NCBI GenBank assembly: GCA_963663165.1
Contig: OY760175.1
Coordinates: forward strand, 5,792,001 to 5,856,000
Direction of reading: 5' to 3'
Source: an uncultured Desulfospira sp.
Lineage (GTDB): Bacteria; Desulfobacterota; Desulfobacteria; Desulfobacterales; Desulfobacteraceae
Length of the DNA stretch: 64,000 nucleotides
The notes beneath the pieces were generated by a model. The model was not told the DNA's origin, did no database searches, and saw only the letters and a list, made by a program, of their open reading frames with translations. Shown here piece by piece: positions 50,324-59,425 of the stretch. Each line of letters begins with the position of its first letter. Positions within the stretch are counted from its first letter, which is position 1. The position numbers were made by a program, and so were the translations under genes.

Positions 50324-51056
50324 GGATCAGGTCTCCTTCCAGCCGGGACAGGCAGTATTCCTTGATGTCCATTAATTGCGGATCATTGAGTTTTCGGGGC
50401 TTGGGGGTGTTCAGCGGGATGGCCTGTTTGATTCTCATGGGCCTGGGGCTGAGCAGGTAAATTTCATCGGCCAGCACCAGGGCCTCGTCTATATCATGGG
50501 TGATCATGAGAATGGTTTTGCCAAACTCGGTCTGGAGCAGCAGCAGCAGGTTCTGCAGTCCCCTTCGGGTAATGGCGTCGAGAGCCGACAAGGGTTCGTC
50601 CAGAAACACCAGATCCCGGTCAAACATCAGGGTCCGGACCAGGGCGCACCGCTGGCGCATGCCCCCGGATACCTGGCCCGGCCGGTGGGATTCAAATCCT
50701 TCCAGGCCCAGGCGCCGGAACAGGTCCAGGGCCTTTTCCCGAAAGTCCCCGTTATTTTTTTTGACGGCTGATACCGGCAGCAGGGCATTGTCCAGTAAAG
50801 ACAGCCAGGGCAGCAACAGGTCCTTTTGCTGCATATAGGCGGCATGGGCCCCTAAGTGGGGCAGGGGCCGGCCCTGCCAGGAAATGGTCCCGCAATCCAG
50901 GCCCACCACACCGGTAAGGCCGTCAAACAGCGTGGATTTCCCGCAGCCCGAAGGACCCACCAGAACCTTGAACCGGCCCGGTTCAAGCTTAAGGTCCAGC
51001 CCGGAGAAAACCGGCTGGCCGTTAAATTGTTTTTCAAGCCCCAACACGTCGAGCAT
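50310..51056 (-). CDS. thiZ: ABC ATP-binding protein (ThiZ-like)
   Basis: GPSGCGKST, VSGGMRQR, LDEP, ITHD; first gene after the TPP riboswitch. Confidence 0.85.
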   Translation of the reverse strand: MLDVLGLEKQFNGQPVFSGLDLKLEPGRFKVLVGPSGCGKSTLFDGLTGVVGLDCGTISWQGRPLPHLGAHAAYMQQKDLLLPWLSLLDNALLPVSAVKKNNGDFREKALDLFRRLGLEGFESHRPGQVSGGMRQRCALVRTLMFDRDLVFLDEPLSALDAITRRGLQNLLLLLQTEFGKTILMITHDIDEALVLADEIYLLSPRPMRIKQAIPLNTPKPRKLNDPQLMDIKEYCLSRLEGDLIHERQ

Positions 51057-51166
51057 GCAGCAAAATCCTTAAAGAAGCGAACAGCTAACGGCTAATAGCT
51101 AACAGCTAAAGAAAAACCGATGATGCAAAAATCCGGATTGGAATATGAAAAGAAAATGCGGGGCCC

Positions 51167-51259
51167 GACTTTCCTACGCCAGAATAATCTGGATCAGGTT
51201 CCAAGGGTCGAAACTCTAACCAGTTTCCTCTCAGCCGGTGTTTGCCGGCTCCCCCAGTC
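51167..51259 (-). ncRNA. TPP riboswitch
   Basis: Minus strand gactgggggagcc..ggCTGAGA..gACCCttggaACCTGATCcagaTtATtctgGCGtAGGAAagtc, upstream of thi genes. Confidence 0.95.
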
Positions 51260-51287
51260 CGTTTTGCGGTTCATTAAAACGGGAAAA

Positions 51288-51317
51288 ACGGTATCACGGC
51301 CTCAAGCGGGCTGTCAA
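51288..51317 (-). promoter_or_regulatory. Sigma70-type promoter of the thi operon
   Basis: Minus strand TTGACA-N18-TACCGT with extended TG, about 30 nt upstream of the riboswitch. Confidence 0.6.
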
Positions 51318-51463
51318 CAAGAAACAAGAAACTGGAGACAAGAGACAAGAGACAAGAAACAGGAAACAAGAGACAAGAAACAAGAAACAAGAAACAGGAA
51401 ACAGGAAACAAGAGACAAGAAACAGGAAACAAGAGACAAGAAACAAGAAACTGGAAATAAGAG
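51317..51463. repeat. Heptamer tandem tract, 21 units of ACAAGAA/ACAAGAG/ACAGGAA
   Basis: Uninterrupted 7-bp period counted directly from the sequence. Confidence 0.95.
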
Positions 51464-51602
51464 TTTCAGTGCTGCGCACTGAAATTGCATTCGGTAGTCT
51501 TAAACAGTGGGAAAGTTACCTGTGATTGCCCTGATACTTTGCTTGACAAAAAGCGTCTTCCTATCCTACATGAAGTATACACATCGCTCATCGCTGGACT
51601 GC

Positions 51603-51650
51603 ATCGTGCTTGCAGATCGTGGAGAGATCGAACAGGTGCTGATCAACCTC
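51603..51650 (+). pseudogene. Short histidine-kinase N-box remnant
   Basis: Translates IVLADRGEIEQVLINL, like VVLADPTQLHQVFMNL in the kinase at 13042-15864; ends just before a long palindrome. Confidence 0.45.
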
Positions 51651-51657
51651 CAGGTCA

Positions 51658-51728
51658 GGGGTCAAACCTTGATTATGGCACTAGTAAGGGTCTTAGTGCC
51701 ATTAGTGCCATAATCAAGGTTTGACCCC
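51658..51728. repeat. Perfect 26-bp inverted repeat (REP/MITE-like)
   Basis: ggggtcaaaccttgattatggcacta (51658-51683) / tagtgccataatcaaggtttgacccc (51703-51728). Confidence 0.9.
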
Positions 51729-51784
51729 AGTTCCGGTAGCCCTAAAATTGAGCGCCCGTTTTTAAAGAAAATTTCACCGGCCCC

Positions 51785-51818
51785 AAAAAGCGGAAAGGGG
51801 CAGGCCAAGGCCTGCCCC
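51785..51818 (-). terminator. Probable intrinsic terminator of the porin gene
   Basis: Minus strand ggggcaggcc-tt-ggcctgcccc-tttccgcttttt. Confidence 0.6.
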
Positions 51819-51853
51819 GTAAAAGAAAAAGGGAAGCACAAAAAAGAGTTTCT

Positions 51854-53281
51854 TTAGAAGGTCAGCTCAATGGAAAAAGCCACTTTCCAGAAATCTTCCA
51901 CTGAACCATTGGCCGATTCGTTGTAATCGCCGTCTTCGTCAAACATGATGTATCCGAGTTCAGTAGCGAATACCAGGTTTTTCATGACTTGGTATTCTGA
52001 ATTAAAGTTGATCTCTATCAGGCTTTCGTCCTCGTTCATCAGGGTGTCGTCCGGAGACTGGAAAATGCTGTCATCCGCCGTTCCCTGGGCGTACATGATC
52101 TGGAATTCATGGGAAAGTTTTTCACTGGTTTTGATGTCCTTGAGCTTGAACCCGACAGCCCACATGGAAACGGCATAGGTCGTGTCATGGGAGTCAAACA
52201 TGTTGTCGTTGAACCGGCTGCCCCCGAAAAAGGACGTGGTATAGAGGGGGGCGCTGATCAGGACAGGCATCATGTCAATGTCGTTGTCATTGGCATCCGG
52301 ACCGTTCCCGTAGAATGCAAACAGTTCCGGCGTACACCATCCTGCCTTGTAAGTAACGACCAAATCAGTGAAAAACCCTGAGACAGTGATGTCCTCCCCG
52401 GTTGTTTCCCATTCCATGTTTCCGTAGGTGGCGCTTGCCGCAACATTCATGGGATCAATGGGGGAAAATTCTGCCTTCATGCCCAGATAATAGGCCGTAA
52501 CCCCGTCTGTGGGAGTGGTATTGGCAAGCCCGTTGGTACCGGCCAGAAGTGCCGGATAGTCAAAATAGGCATAAGTCCAGTGGCTGGCGGCATTGGCAAT
52601 GACATCTTCTTGAATATAGGCATAAGCTGCCCAGGGGGTTAGCTTGAAGCCTGCCATGCCCAGAGGGGCCTTGATAAGCAACAAGTCTGCCTGGTCATCG
52701 GTGTTGGATTCGGTGTCATCATATAGATCAGCCATCCTGAACCAGGCCGCTTCTATACCGGCAGATTCCCCGATAGGGGCTGAAAAAACAACCCCGGCAG
52801 GGACCTCATACATGAGAAGGCTGCCGTAACCGATTTCATGAAAGTTGTAAAACTGGGAGCCGATTTTAAAGTGCATGCCTGAAACAGTGGTGTAATCAAT
52901 ATACAATTCGTCCAGTTCAAAGATCAAATCCCCGTCCTCTTCTCCGCCTACCACGGCATCTGTGGAGCCAAAATAACCCCCGGTAGAGCCTTCACCAATC
53001 TGAAAACTGGCCACTCCTTTTAACCGTTCATTGATGATCCACTTGGTTCTCAGGCCCAGTTCTCGGGTGGCATCAAAATCCGCATCATCCCCAGTATCAT
53101 AATCATCCACAAAATCCAGGTACTGGGTGGCCCCGAAAGAGGCCTTGATGGCCCCGGTAATCTCAAATTCGCCCATGTCTCCAGCCTTGAATTTCATGGC
53201 TTGGGCAAAAGAAGCCGTTAAAATAATCACCAACAGGGTAAGGGCCTGAAAAAAGCGTTTCTTTCCAATCTTTTTTTTCAT
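51854..53281 (-). CDS. Outer-membrane porin (deltaproteobacterial homotrimeric porin-like)
   Basis: Signal peptide ending AQA, acidic beta-strand pattern, LKGVASFQIG, TPELFAFYGNG, terminal Phe. Confidence 0.75.
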   Translation of the reverse strand: MKKKIGKKRFFQALTLLVIILTASFAQAMKFKAGDMGEFEITGAIKASFGATQYLDFVDDYDTGDDADFDATRELGLRTKWIINERLKGVASFQIGEGSTGGYFGSTDAVVGGEEDGDLIFELDELYIDYTTVSGMHFKIGSQFYNFHEIGYGSLLMYEVPAGVVFSAPIGESAGIEAAWFRMADLYDDTESNTDDQADLLLIKAPLGMAGFKLTPWAAYAYIQEDVIANAASHWTYAYFDYPALLAGTNGLANTTPTDGVTAYYLGMKAEFSPIDPMNVAASATYGNMEWETTGEDITVSGFFTDLVVTYKAGWCTPELFAFYGNGPDANDNDIDMMPVLISAPLYTTSFFGGSRFNDNMFDSHDTTYAVSMWAVGFKLKDIKTSEKLSHEFQIMYAQGTADDSIFQSPDDTLMNEDESLIEINFNSEYQVMKNLVFATELGYIMFDEDGDYNESANGSVEDFWKVAFSIELTF

Positions 53282-53354
53282 CTTTTTCTCCTCATAAATC
53301 AGTTAAGTTAAAGGTGACAGCAATGGGTGCTTCCCGCTTACGATTTATGAAAAG

Positions 53355-53370
53355 AGCAATTGATGTGCCG
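53355..53370 (-). promoter_or_regulatory. Sigma54 (-24/-12) promoter of the porin gene
   Basis: Minus strand cGGCACatcaaTTGCt (GG-N10-GC) 74 bp upstream of the ATG. Confidence 0.7.
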
Positions 53371-53756
53371 GAAAGATGCCGGTCTGGCCTTCAAAATGGC
53401 GTTTAGCTTGCTTGATGCCTTTAAAATCAGGGCTGAACCATTATTAATAATTTCAAGGATTCTTAGAAACCCATTCAATTTAATAAAAAAACAGCTCAGG
53501 TAGCGTTATGGTAACGTTATCAACAGTAAAGGGTGACGGTGATACGAGGCTATTATTCGTACGATCCATTCGGAATCGAGATTGAGCTTTATGCCAGTTA
53601 TATGGCGATTGCCTTAGTGGCCGTCTGGCCGACTGACCTCTGGAATGGTTTTTGCTTTTTGCTTATTGTTTTACTGAATTTTTTAAATGATTAGAGAAGA
53701 ATTGTTTTTAAGCTTTGGATCCGGCCGGTATGGCAGGGTCCGATAAAAGGACAGAA

Positions 53757-56700
53757 GTGAGTTTAAATATCAAAAACAGATTAAAAATCCATGAAAATGA
53801 AGCCGGGCTTTTTTGGGGGGCTCTGGGCCTGATTTTTCTAATTCGGCTTGGAAGCCTTATCTTTAATAATTATACGCTGACCGTTTTTCTTAAAAGATTT
53901 GGTGTTGAGTCCCTTCCCATATTATATATGGTGAACCCTTTCATTACCCTTATTCTGGTTGGCAAGCTGGCCATGCTCAAGGAAAAGGTCTCTGCATACG
54001 ACCGCCTTTTGGGTATGCTGATGATTTCGTCTTTATTTGTATTGGCCTTTTGGGGCGGGGCCCTGGGAAAATGGGCCTGGATATACCCGGTTCTGTTCGT
54101 GGTTAAGGTTCAGTTCGAGGCCCTGCTCGGAATCCTTTTCTGGAATCTTTGCAATGATCTGTTCAATTTCAATCAGTCCAAAAGGCTTTTCCCGTTGATT
54201 ACGGCCGGTGGTGTTATAGGGGATTTAGCGGGAAATCTGATTTCCGTTGTTTTTTCATGGACCGGGAACATGAGCTATATGATGCCGGTTTACAGTTTGA
54301 TTCTTTTTTTGGGGGTCTACATTGTCCGGACTCTGGCCCCAAGATTTCCTTTGAAAGTAGTCCGTTCCCCTGGGCACTTTCAGGAAAAAGGTGGGCTTTC
54401 CCGGGTAGCCGCCGTGAAAACCCTGGCGAAAAAAGCCTCTTTAATTAAAGTAGTTGTGGTATTGACCTTTTGTGCCAATGTTATTTTACCGGTCATGAAT
54501 TATCAGTTCAATGCCGCTATTGATAACAGCATTGCCGGAGAAGAGGGGATGCTTCTTTTTTTGGGAACATTCAGAGGCATCATGAGCCTGGTTTCCTTGG
54601 TGCTGCTCTTTTTTTCCGGCCGGGTATATGAAAAATGGAGTATCCCTTCAGCCATGCTGTTTCACCCGGCCAATTACCTGTTTGTTTTCCTGGCCTTTTT
54701 GTTCCGGTTTGATTTGGTTTCAGCCATATATGCCAGATTTTCAACCAATGTGATTCGTACTACGTTTAATCAGCCGGTGAATAATATGCTGATCGGCATT
54801 TTTCCGGATCAGGTTAGGTCCTTGATCCGCCCGTTCCTGAGAGGCGTGGTTGCAAGGGCCGGGCTGATTACCGGATCAGGGCTGGTTCTTTTATTCAAGG
54901 AGTGGGTGCCGGCTGCATACCTATCCCTTATGGTCCTCCCGTTTGTTTTTTTTTGGATAGGGACGGTCGGTTATATGAAAATGAGATATTCAGGTCTCAT
55001 TGTCGAGCTTCTGTCATCAGACACCCTGGACCTTAAGTCCATAGAAAAATCTATTTTGAACAAGCTGTTCACCGAAAAAAAAGCCCAAAAGAAATTATTG
55101 GAAAACCTATCCGGATCCAAGGGAAAGGATGCCGTTCTTCATGCACGGGTCCTTCACTATGCCGGTGCAAAGGAACTGGATGAGTATATCCTTTCAATTT
55201 TGGAGAAACAGGACCGGGATACGAAAATCCGCCTGCTTGGTTTTTTGTCCGGAACCCGGGAGCGCAAAACCTTTGATGTTTTGAAGCGAATGATCAATGT
55301 CAGTGACAGGGATCTGACTTTGGCAATGATTCATACCGTAAAACTTTTAGACAAGGATGAGTGCCGGGACTTTTTTGAAACCCTGAAAAACCGTTGCCGG
55401 AATAACAGACTGGATACCGAATCCACCATGGAAATCCGGTCTTATACTCAGGCGTGTCTTTTGTTAAAGGGCGGGGAAAAAAGCCGAGTACAAATAGAAC
55501 GCCAATTAAATGGAACCGGCACGGAAGGCATTTATGCCGGCATCATCGCAGCAGGCGAATCCAAAGACCCCATCCATGGGGCGGTGCTGGCCGGGCTGTT
55601 AACCCGGGTAGAGGAATCCTTTCTAACGGCTGCTGTTTTAAAGGCCCTGCATCAGATTGATTACAACGAGTTGAACCGGACAGCCCGGCCTTTTCTGGAT
55701 CATCCGGATACAAACGTTCGCCTGGCTGCTCTGGCAGGCATTCAGGTGGACAGTGAAAATATGCAGCGCAAGGTGTTGGCCATGACAGGGGATGCTGCCC
55801 GGTCTGTCCGGGATCTGGCCGTAAAAAAGATTGAAACCGCCGAGTATTGCAGCAGCATGCTTTTATTTGAATTTTTAAATCGCCCGTCAAGACTGATCCG
55901 CGAAGGGGTTTTCAGAATTCTCAATACCCTTGATATAAAGAAGCCGGAACTCCATGCTTTTTTTAAAGCAGAAATGGCGGCGGCCAAAAGAAAGCTCCTT
56001 GATTTTATGACCTTGTCCCGCCTGATGGAGACCCCTTCCGGGAACCTGTTGAAGTGCCATTTAGAGCAGGCCCAGGCCGGTCATATCAAAACCATCCTCC
56101 GGGTGGCTTCATTGACCGACCATTCCGGCCGGATGCGAATCATTGCTAAAAATATTTTTTCAGGAGATTCCAGAAAAAAGGCCAATGCATTGGAGGCCCT
56201 TCAAAGTACCCTGATAACGCCCCTGGCCGGGGAACTGGTCGTTTTTCTGGAAAATTCAAGGCCAGAAAGCCGGTTTGAGCAATTGTTGGACAAAGGCTTG
56301 ATCCAGAAGACGGACAGTCCACCGGAAATGGTCCTTGACCAACTATCCCTGAACCATGACCGGGTAACTGCCAGGCTATCCAGGGACGTGGCGGCAGAAC
56401 TGGGCTTAGGCCGGGAATCTGAAGATAAAAGTTCCCCCCTTTTCATGGATACAGGGGAGAATAACGGCAAAAAAGGCCGTAACCTTGAAACATCCAAAAG
56501 GAAACACCTGAAAGCAGAGAAACACATGAAAGAAGAAATGAGCTTACAAGAAAAAATTATAGCCATCCAGAAAATAGATATTTTTAAAACCCTTGATGTA
56601 AACCAACTGGCCGCAGTCAGCGAAATTGCCCGGGAAAAAGTGTTCAAGCCCGGTATGGTTCTGTTTAATGAAAATGAGGCAGCAGACACCATGTATGTCT

Positions 56701-57014
56701 GTATCCAGGGCCGGCTTTCTATTTCCAGAAACCAGATTGAGGTAGGGGTGTTTAAGGAAGGCGACAGCTTTGGCATGAGTGCTTTTTTTGTTGACAGCAA
56801 ACGGCTGATTACGTGTAAAGCTGAGGCATCGACCCGGGTTTTGGAAATTCATAAGCATGAATTTGAAGAGATGCTCATGGAATATCCCCAGATTTCATAT
56901 GAAATTGCCCGGATCAGCACCCGAAGGATTCAACGGCTCCTCAAGCAAATTAAAAAAGGGGCCGCCCAGGAAGAATTGTTAAAAAATTTCTTCAGTCATG
57001 AGGAGCTGGTCTGA
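53757..57014 (+). CDS. NTT/TLC-like membrane domain fused to HEAT-like repeats and a C-terminal cNMP-binding domain
   Basis: FLKRFGVESLP, FW..NDLF..QSKRLFPLI..GG motifs; helical repeats (FLDHPDTNVRLAAL); Crp-type IDIFKTL..LFNENEAADTMY..G.SFG; GTG 53757. Confidence 0.75.
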   Translation: MSLNIKNRLKIHENEAGLFWGALGLIFLIRLGSLIFNNYTLTVFLKRFGVESLPILYMVNPFITLILVGKLAMLKEKVSAYDRLLGMLMISSLFVLAFWGGALGKWAWIYPVLFVVKVQFEALLGILFWNLCNDLFNFNQSKRLFPLITAGGVIGDLAGNLISVVFSWTGNMSYMMPVYSLILFLGVYIVRTLAPRFPLKVVRSPGHFQEKGGLSRVAAVKTLAKKASLIKVVVVLTFCANVILPVMNYQFNAAIDNSIAGEEGMLLFLGTFRGIMSLVSLVLLFFSGRVYEKWSIPSAMLFHPANYLFVFLAFLFRFDLVSAIYARFSTNVIRTTFNQPVNNMLIGIFPDQVRSLIRPFLRGVVARAGLITGSGLVLLFKEWVPAAYLSLMVLPFVFFWIGTVGYMKMRYSGLIVELLSSDTLDLKSIEKSILNKLFTEKKAQKKLLENLSGSKGKDAVLHARVLHYAGAKELDEYILSILEKQDRDTKIRLLGFLSGTRERKTFDVLKRMINVSDRDLTLAMIHTVKLLDKDECRDFFETLKNRCRNNRLDTESTMEIRSYTQACLLLKGGEKSRVQIERQLNGTGTEGIYAGIIAAGESKDPIHGAVLAGLLTRVEESFLTAAVLKALHQIDYNELNRTARPFLDHPDTNVRLAALAGIQVDSENMQRKVLAMTGDAARSVRDLAVKKIETAEYCSSMLLFEFLNRPSRLIREGVFRILNTLDIKKPELHAFFKAEMAAAKRKLLDFMTLSRLMETPSGNLLKCHLEQAQAGHIKTILRVASLTDHSGRMRIIAKNIFSGDSRKKANALEALQSTLITPLAGELVVFLENSRPESRFEQLLDKGLIQKTDSPPEMVLDQLSLNHDRVTARLSRDVAAELGLGRESEDKSSPLFMDTGENNGKKGRNLETSKRKHLKAEKHMKEEMSLQEKIIAIQKIDIFKTLDVNQLAAVSEIAREKVFKPGMVLFNENEAADTMYVCIQGRLSISRNQIEVGVFKEGDSFGMSAFFVDSKRLITCKAEASTRVLEIHKHEFEEMLMEYPQISYEIARISTRRIQRLLKQIKKGAAQEELLKNFFSHEELV

Positions 57015-57020
57015 AGTTTT

Positions 57021-57289
57021 TATATGAAAGACTCAGCAACCTGTTGAGTTCTTTCAATATTTGTTGTGGGCGGCTCTTGGTTGGATAACCAAGGCGGCCC
57101 GTGGCCGTTATATGAAAGTCTCACTAACGTCCTGAGAAGACTTTCATTATTCGTTGTGGGCGGTTCTTGGTTGGATAACCAAGGCGGCCCGTGGCCGTTT
57201 ATATGAAAGAATCTGCAAGCTGCTGTAATTCTTTCATGCTTTGTTGTGGGCCGAACCGGATTAACAATCCAATCGGCCCGTGGCCGTTA
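57021..57289 (+). repeat. Two-hairpin repeat array, units A (57021-57108), B (57109-57199), C (57200-57289)
   Basis: Three head-to-tail 88-91-nt units with constant linkers and variable hairpins. Confidence 0.92.
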
Positions 57290-57738
57290 GTGAACAGCAG
57301 AAAATAAAAATGACGCCAAGGGTAGACAGACTTATAAGTCCGGTATTAATGGATTCCCATTTCCCGGCCCCATTGGGGCTCCAGAAGACACCTTCCCAGG
57401 ACCCTAAATATAATATCTCAGGTGGTGTGGCGTTGTTAAATTTTATCAAAATATACAAAGCACATATCAAGCCCGCAAAAGCCTGTCAATCAGTGGCCAT
57501 TTTAAAATATAAAACGGCGTTTTTTAGTGGATTTCATTTCTCGCATTGAAAAAAACAACCCGGGTTGGTATAGGATAGCTGTGTCGCAAAAAAGTTGTAA
57601 AAGGGGCTGGCACTTATCTGATATTCCCCCTTCTCCAATACTGTGAGTTCAAATTTACAGTCAGCCGCCGCCGGACCGTAAGCCGATGAGAAGTTAAGTT
57701 GCGTTAACTGATCAATTAAATATAAAGGGGAAAGAAAA

Positions 57739-58221
57739 ATGGTTAGAATGGAAATTTCGCTTTTTTTAAAAAATGAACCCGGTGAACTGGCAAAACTCTC
57801 CTCTCTTTTATACCAGGCCGGCATCAATATTGATGCATTGACCATTCAGGATGCGTCCGCCTATGTCATAGAAATGTTTAAGGCAAGGGGTAAGTCCATT
57901 AAGCGGATTGCCTCGGTGGCCAACTACAACTCCATTACAAAGGACTCCCATGAGGCCGCTTTGATCCGCCTTCTTGTGGACAATTCAGACAAGGCGGTCA
58001 GCGTTCTTTCTGAACATAAATACATATTTGATATCATGCCGGTCATTGCCATTGAGCTTGAAAATCGCCCGGGCACCCTCACCGAGTTCGCCGAGAAATT
58101 CGGCAAAGCCGGCGTGAACTTAAATTATGTTTATGGCTCTGTTCAGTCGCCGGATGCCAAATGCCTTTTTGTTTTCTCACCTGACGATATGGATCAGGCT
58201 CTGGAGATATTTAAAGAATAA
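57739..58221 (+). CDS. Tandem ACT-domain protein
   Basis: ISLFLKNEPGELA..GINI and LENRPGTL..GVNLNYVYG. Confidence 0.88.
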   Translation: MVRMEISLFLKNEPGELAKLSSLLYQAGINIDALTIQDASAYVIEMFKARGKSIKRIASVANYNSITKDSHEAALIRLLVDNSDKAVSVLSEHKYIFDIMPVIAIELENRPGTLTEFAEKFGKAGVNLNYVYGSVQSPDAKCLFVFSPDDMDQALEIFKE

Positions 58222-58224
58222 ACA

Positions 58225-59088
58225 CTATCTATGGTTTTTTTTTAATTCCTCGTCAATTACCCGTTTGATTTCATTTATGGTCCTTCGTTTAATCTGGCGG
58301 CCGTTGATGAAAACAGTGGGGGTTCCCCGGACACCGGCGGTTTGTCCGGCCACCATGTCGGATTTGACCTGCCGGCTGGTTTCCGGGGCCAGGATATCGG
58401 CGGTGAATTTATCCATGTCAAGCCCGAGGCTTTCCGCATATTTTAATAGATTGTCCTCGTTCAGGTCAGCTGCGTTTTCAAACAAAAGATCGTGCATGGG
58501 CCAGAACTGTCCCTGTTTGTGGGCGGCCATGCCGCCGATGGCGGCGGACATGGCAAATTTGTGCATGCTCAAGGGAAAATTTTTAAAGACAATTTTTACC
58601 TTGTCCGGGTAAGCCTGTTCCACCTGGTCTAACAATTCAATAGCCTTGGCGCAGTAAAAGCACTGAAAGTCCGTAAAAATTACCAGGGTGACGGGGGCGT
58701 TTTCAGGCCCTTTAAACGGGGAACCTTTAATATTGATGTTCTGGATAAACTCCACATTAAGCTCATGGATGGCCCCTGTTTTTGAATCGCCCAGAAAAAG
58801 GGTGTCCCCGGTTTTGGTGGCCGTGACGGTGTCAGCAGAAAAATCAAGGGAAATGGTTTCTTTTAACCGGCCATTGGCGTCATATATCTCAACGGCCCCC
58901 TGGCGGGTGAGGACGAAGAAAAGAGTGCCGTCCAGGGACATGCAGGTGTCCACGGGGCTGCCCTTGGATTGAATTTGTTGGCCCTGGCTGACCACTACCC
59001 GGGCTGATGCCGTTTGTGTAAACCCGAAAAAGGCAATGGCTGCAGCCAGCCATATCAGGGGGTTGAACATAAATTTGGGGTGCGCCAT
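58225..59088 (-). CDS. DsbA-family thioredoxin-fold protein with N-terminal extension
   Basis: Signal peptide, GPENAPVT..FTDFQCFYC, GTPT cis-Pro loop. Confidence 0.9.
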   Translation of the reverse strand: MAHPKFMFNPLIWLAAAIAFFGFTQTASARVVVSQGQQIQSKGSPVDTCMSLDGTLFFVLTRQGAVEIYDANGRLKETISLDFSADTVTATKTGDTLFLGDSKTGAIHELNVEFIQNINIKGSPFKGPENAPVTLVIFTDFQCFYCAKAIELLDQVEQAYPDKVKIVFKNFPLSMHKFAMSAAIGGMAAHKQGQFWPMHDLLFENAADLNEDNLLKYAESLGLDMDKFTADILAPETSRQVKSDMVAGQTAGVRGTPTVFINGRQIKRRTINEIKRVIDEELKKNHR

Positions 59089-59425
59089 TGAAAAGATCTC
59101 CGTATGTTAAGGATGTTGGGAAATTGCCCCCTACCATACATCATTGAGGCCCCTTGGGCAAAATTTTTTATAGACCTGGGACTTGGGATATGGGACTTGG
59201 GGACGCCACGGAAACTGCAAGCCCCAAGTCCCAAGTCCCAGGTCCCAGGTCCCAGGTCCCAAGTCCATTTTATTGGATTAACCTGATTCCCCATTCCGGG
59301 GGTGGATTGTTCTTTTAACGCGATTGCCCCGGCAAAAGCGCTTCCCGGCCTTGATAAAAAAGACAGCCGGTGGTATGCCCCAACCATGGCACCGGTAAAA
59401 ACGGTTTTTAAGATAAAGGCTTTTC

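Noticed and set aside
51120..51525. ORFs with KQETR/FLVSC repeats (51120-51482, 51238-51525, 51294-51479)
   Set aside because: These are translations of the heptamer tract and overlap the riboswitch/promoter region.
57021..57289. CRISPR array interpretation of the tandem ~90-nt units
   Set aside because: The variable parts are self-complementary hairpins that recur at other loci (types A and B), not unique spacers. Arrays have only 1-3 units and no cas genes are present.
57628..57642. Possible sigma54 promoter tggcacttatctgat upstream of the ACT gene
   Set aside because: It lacks the GC at the -12 position.
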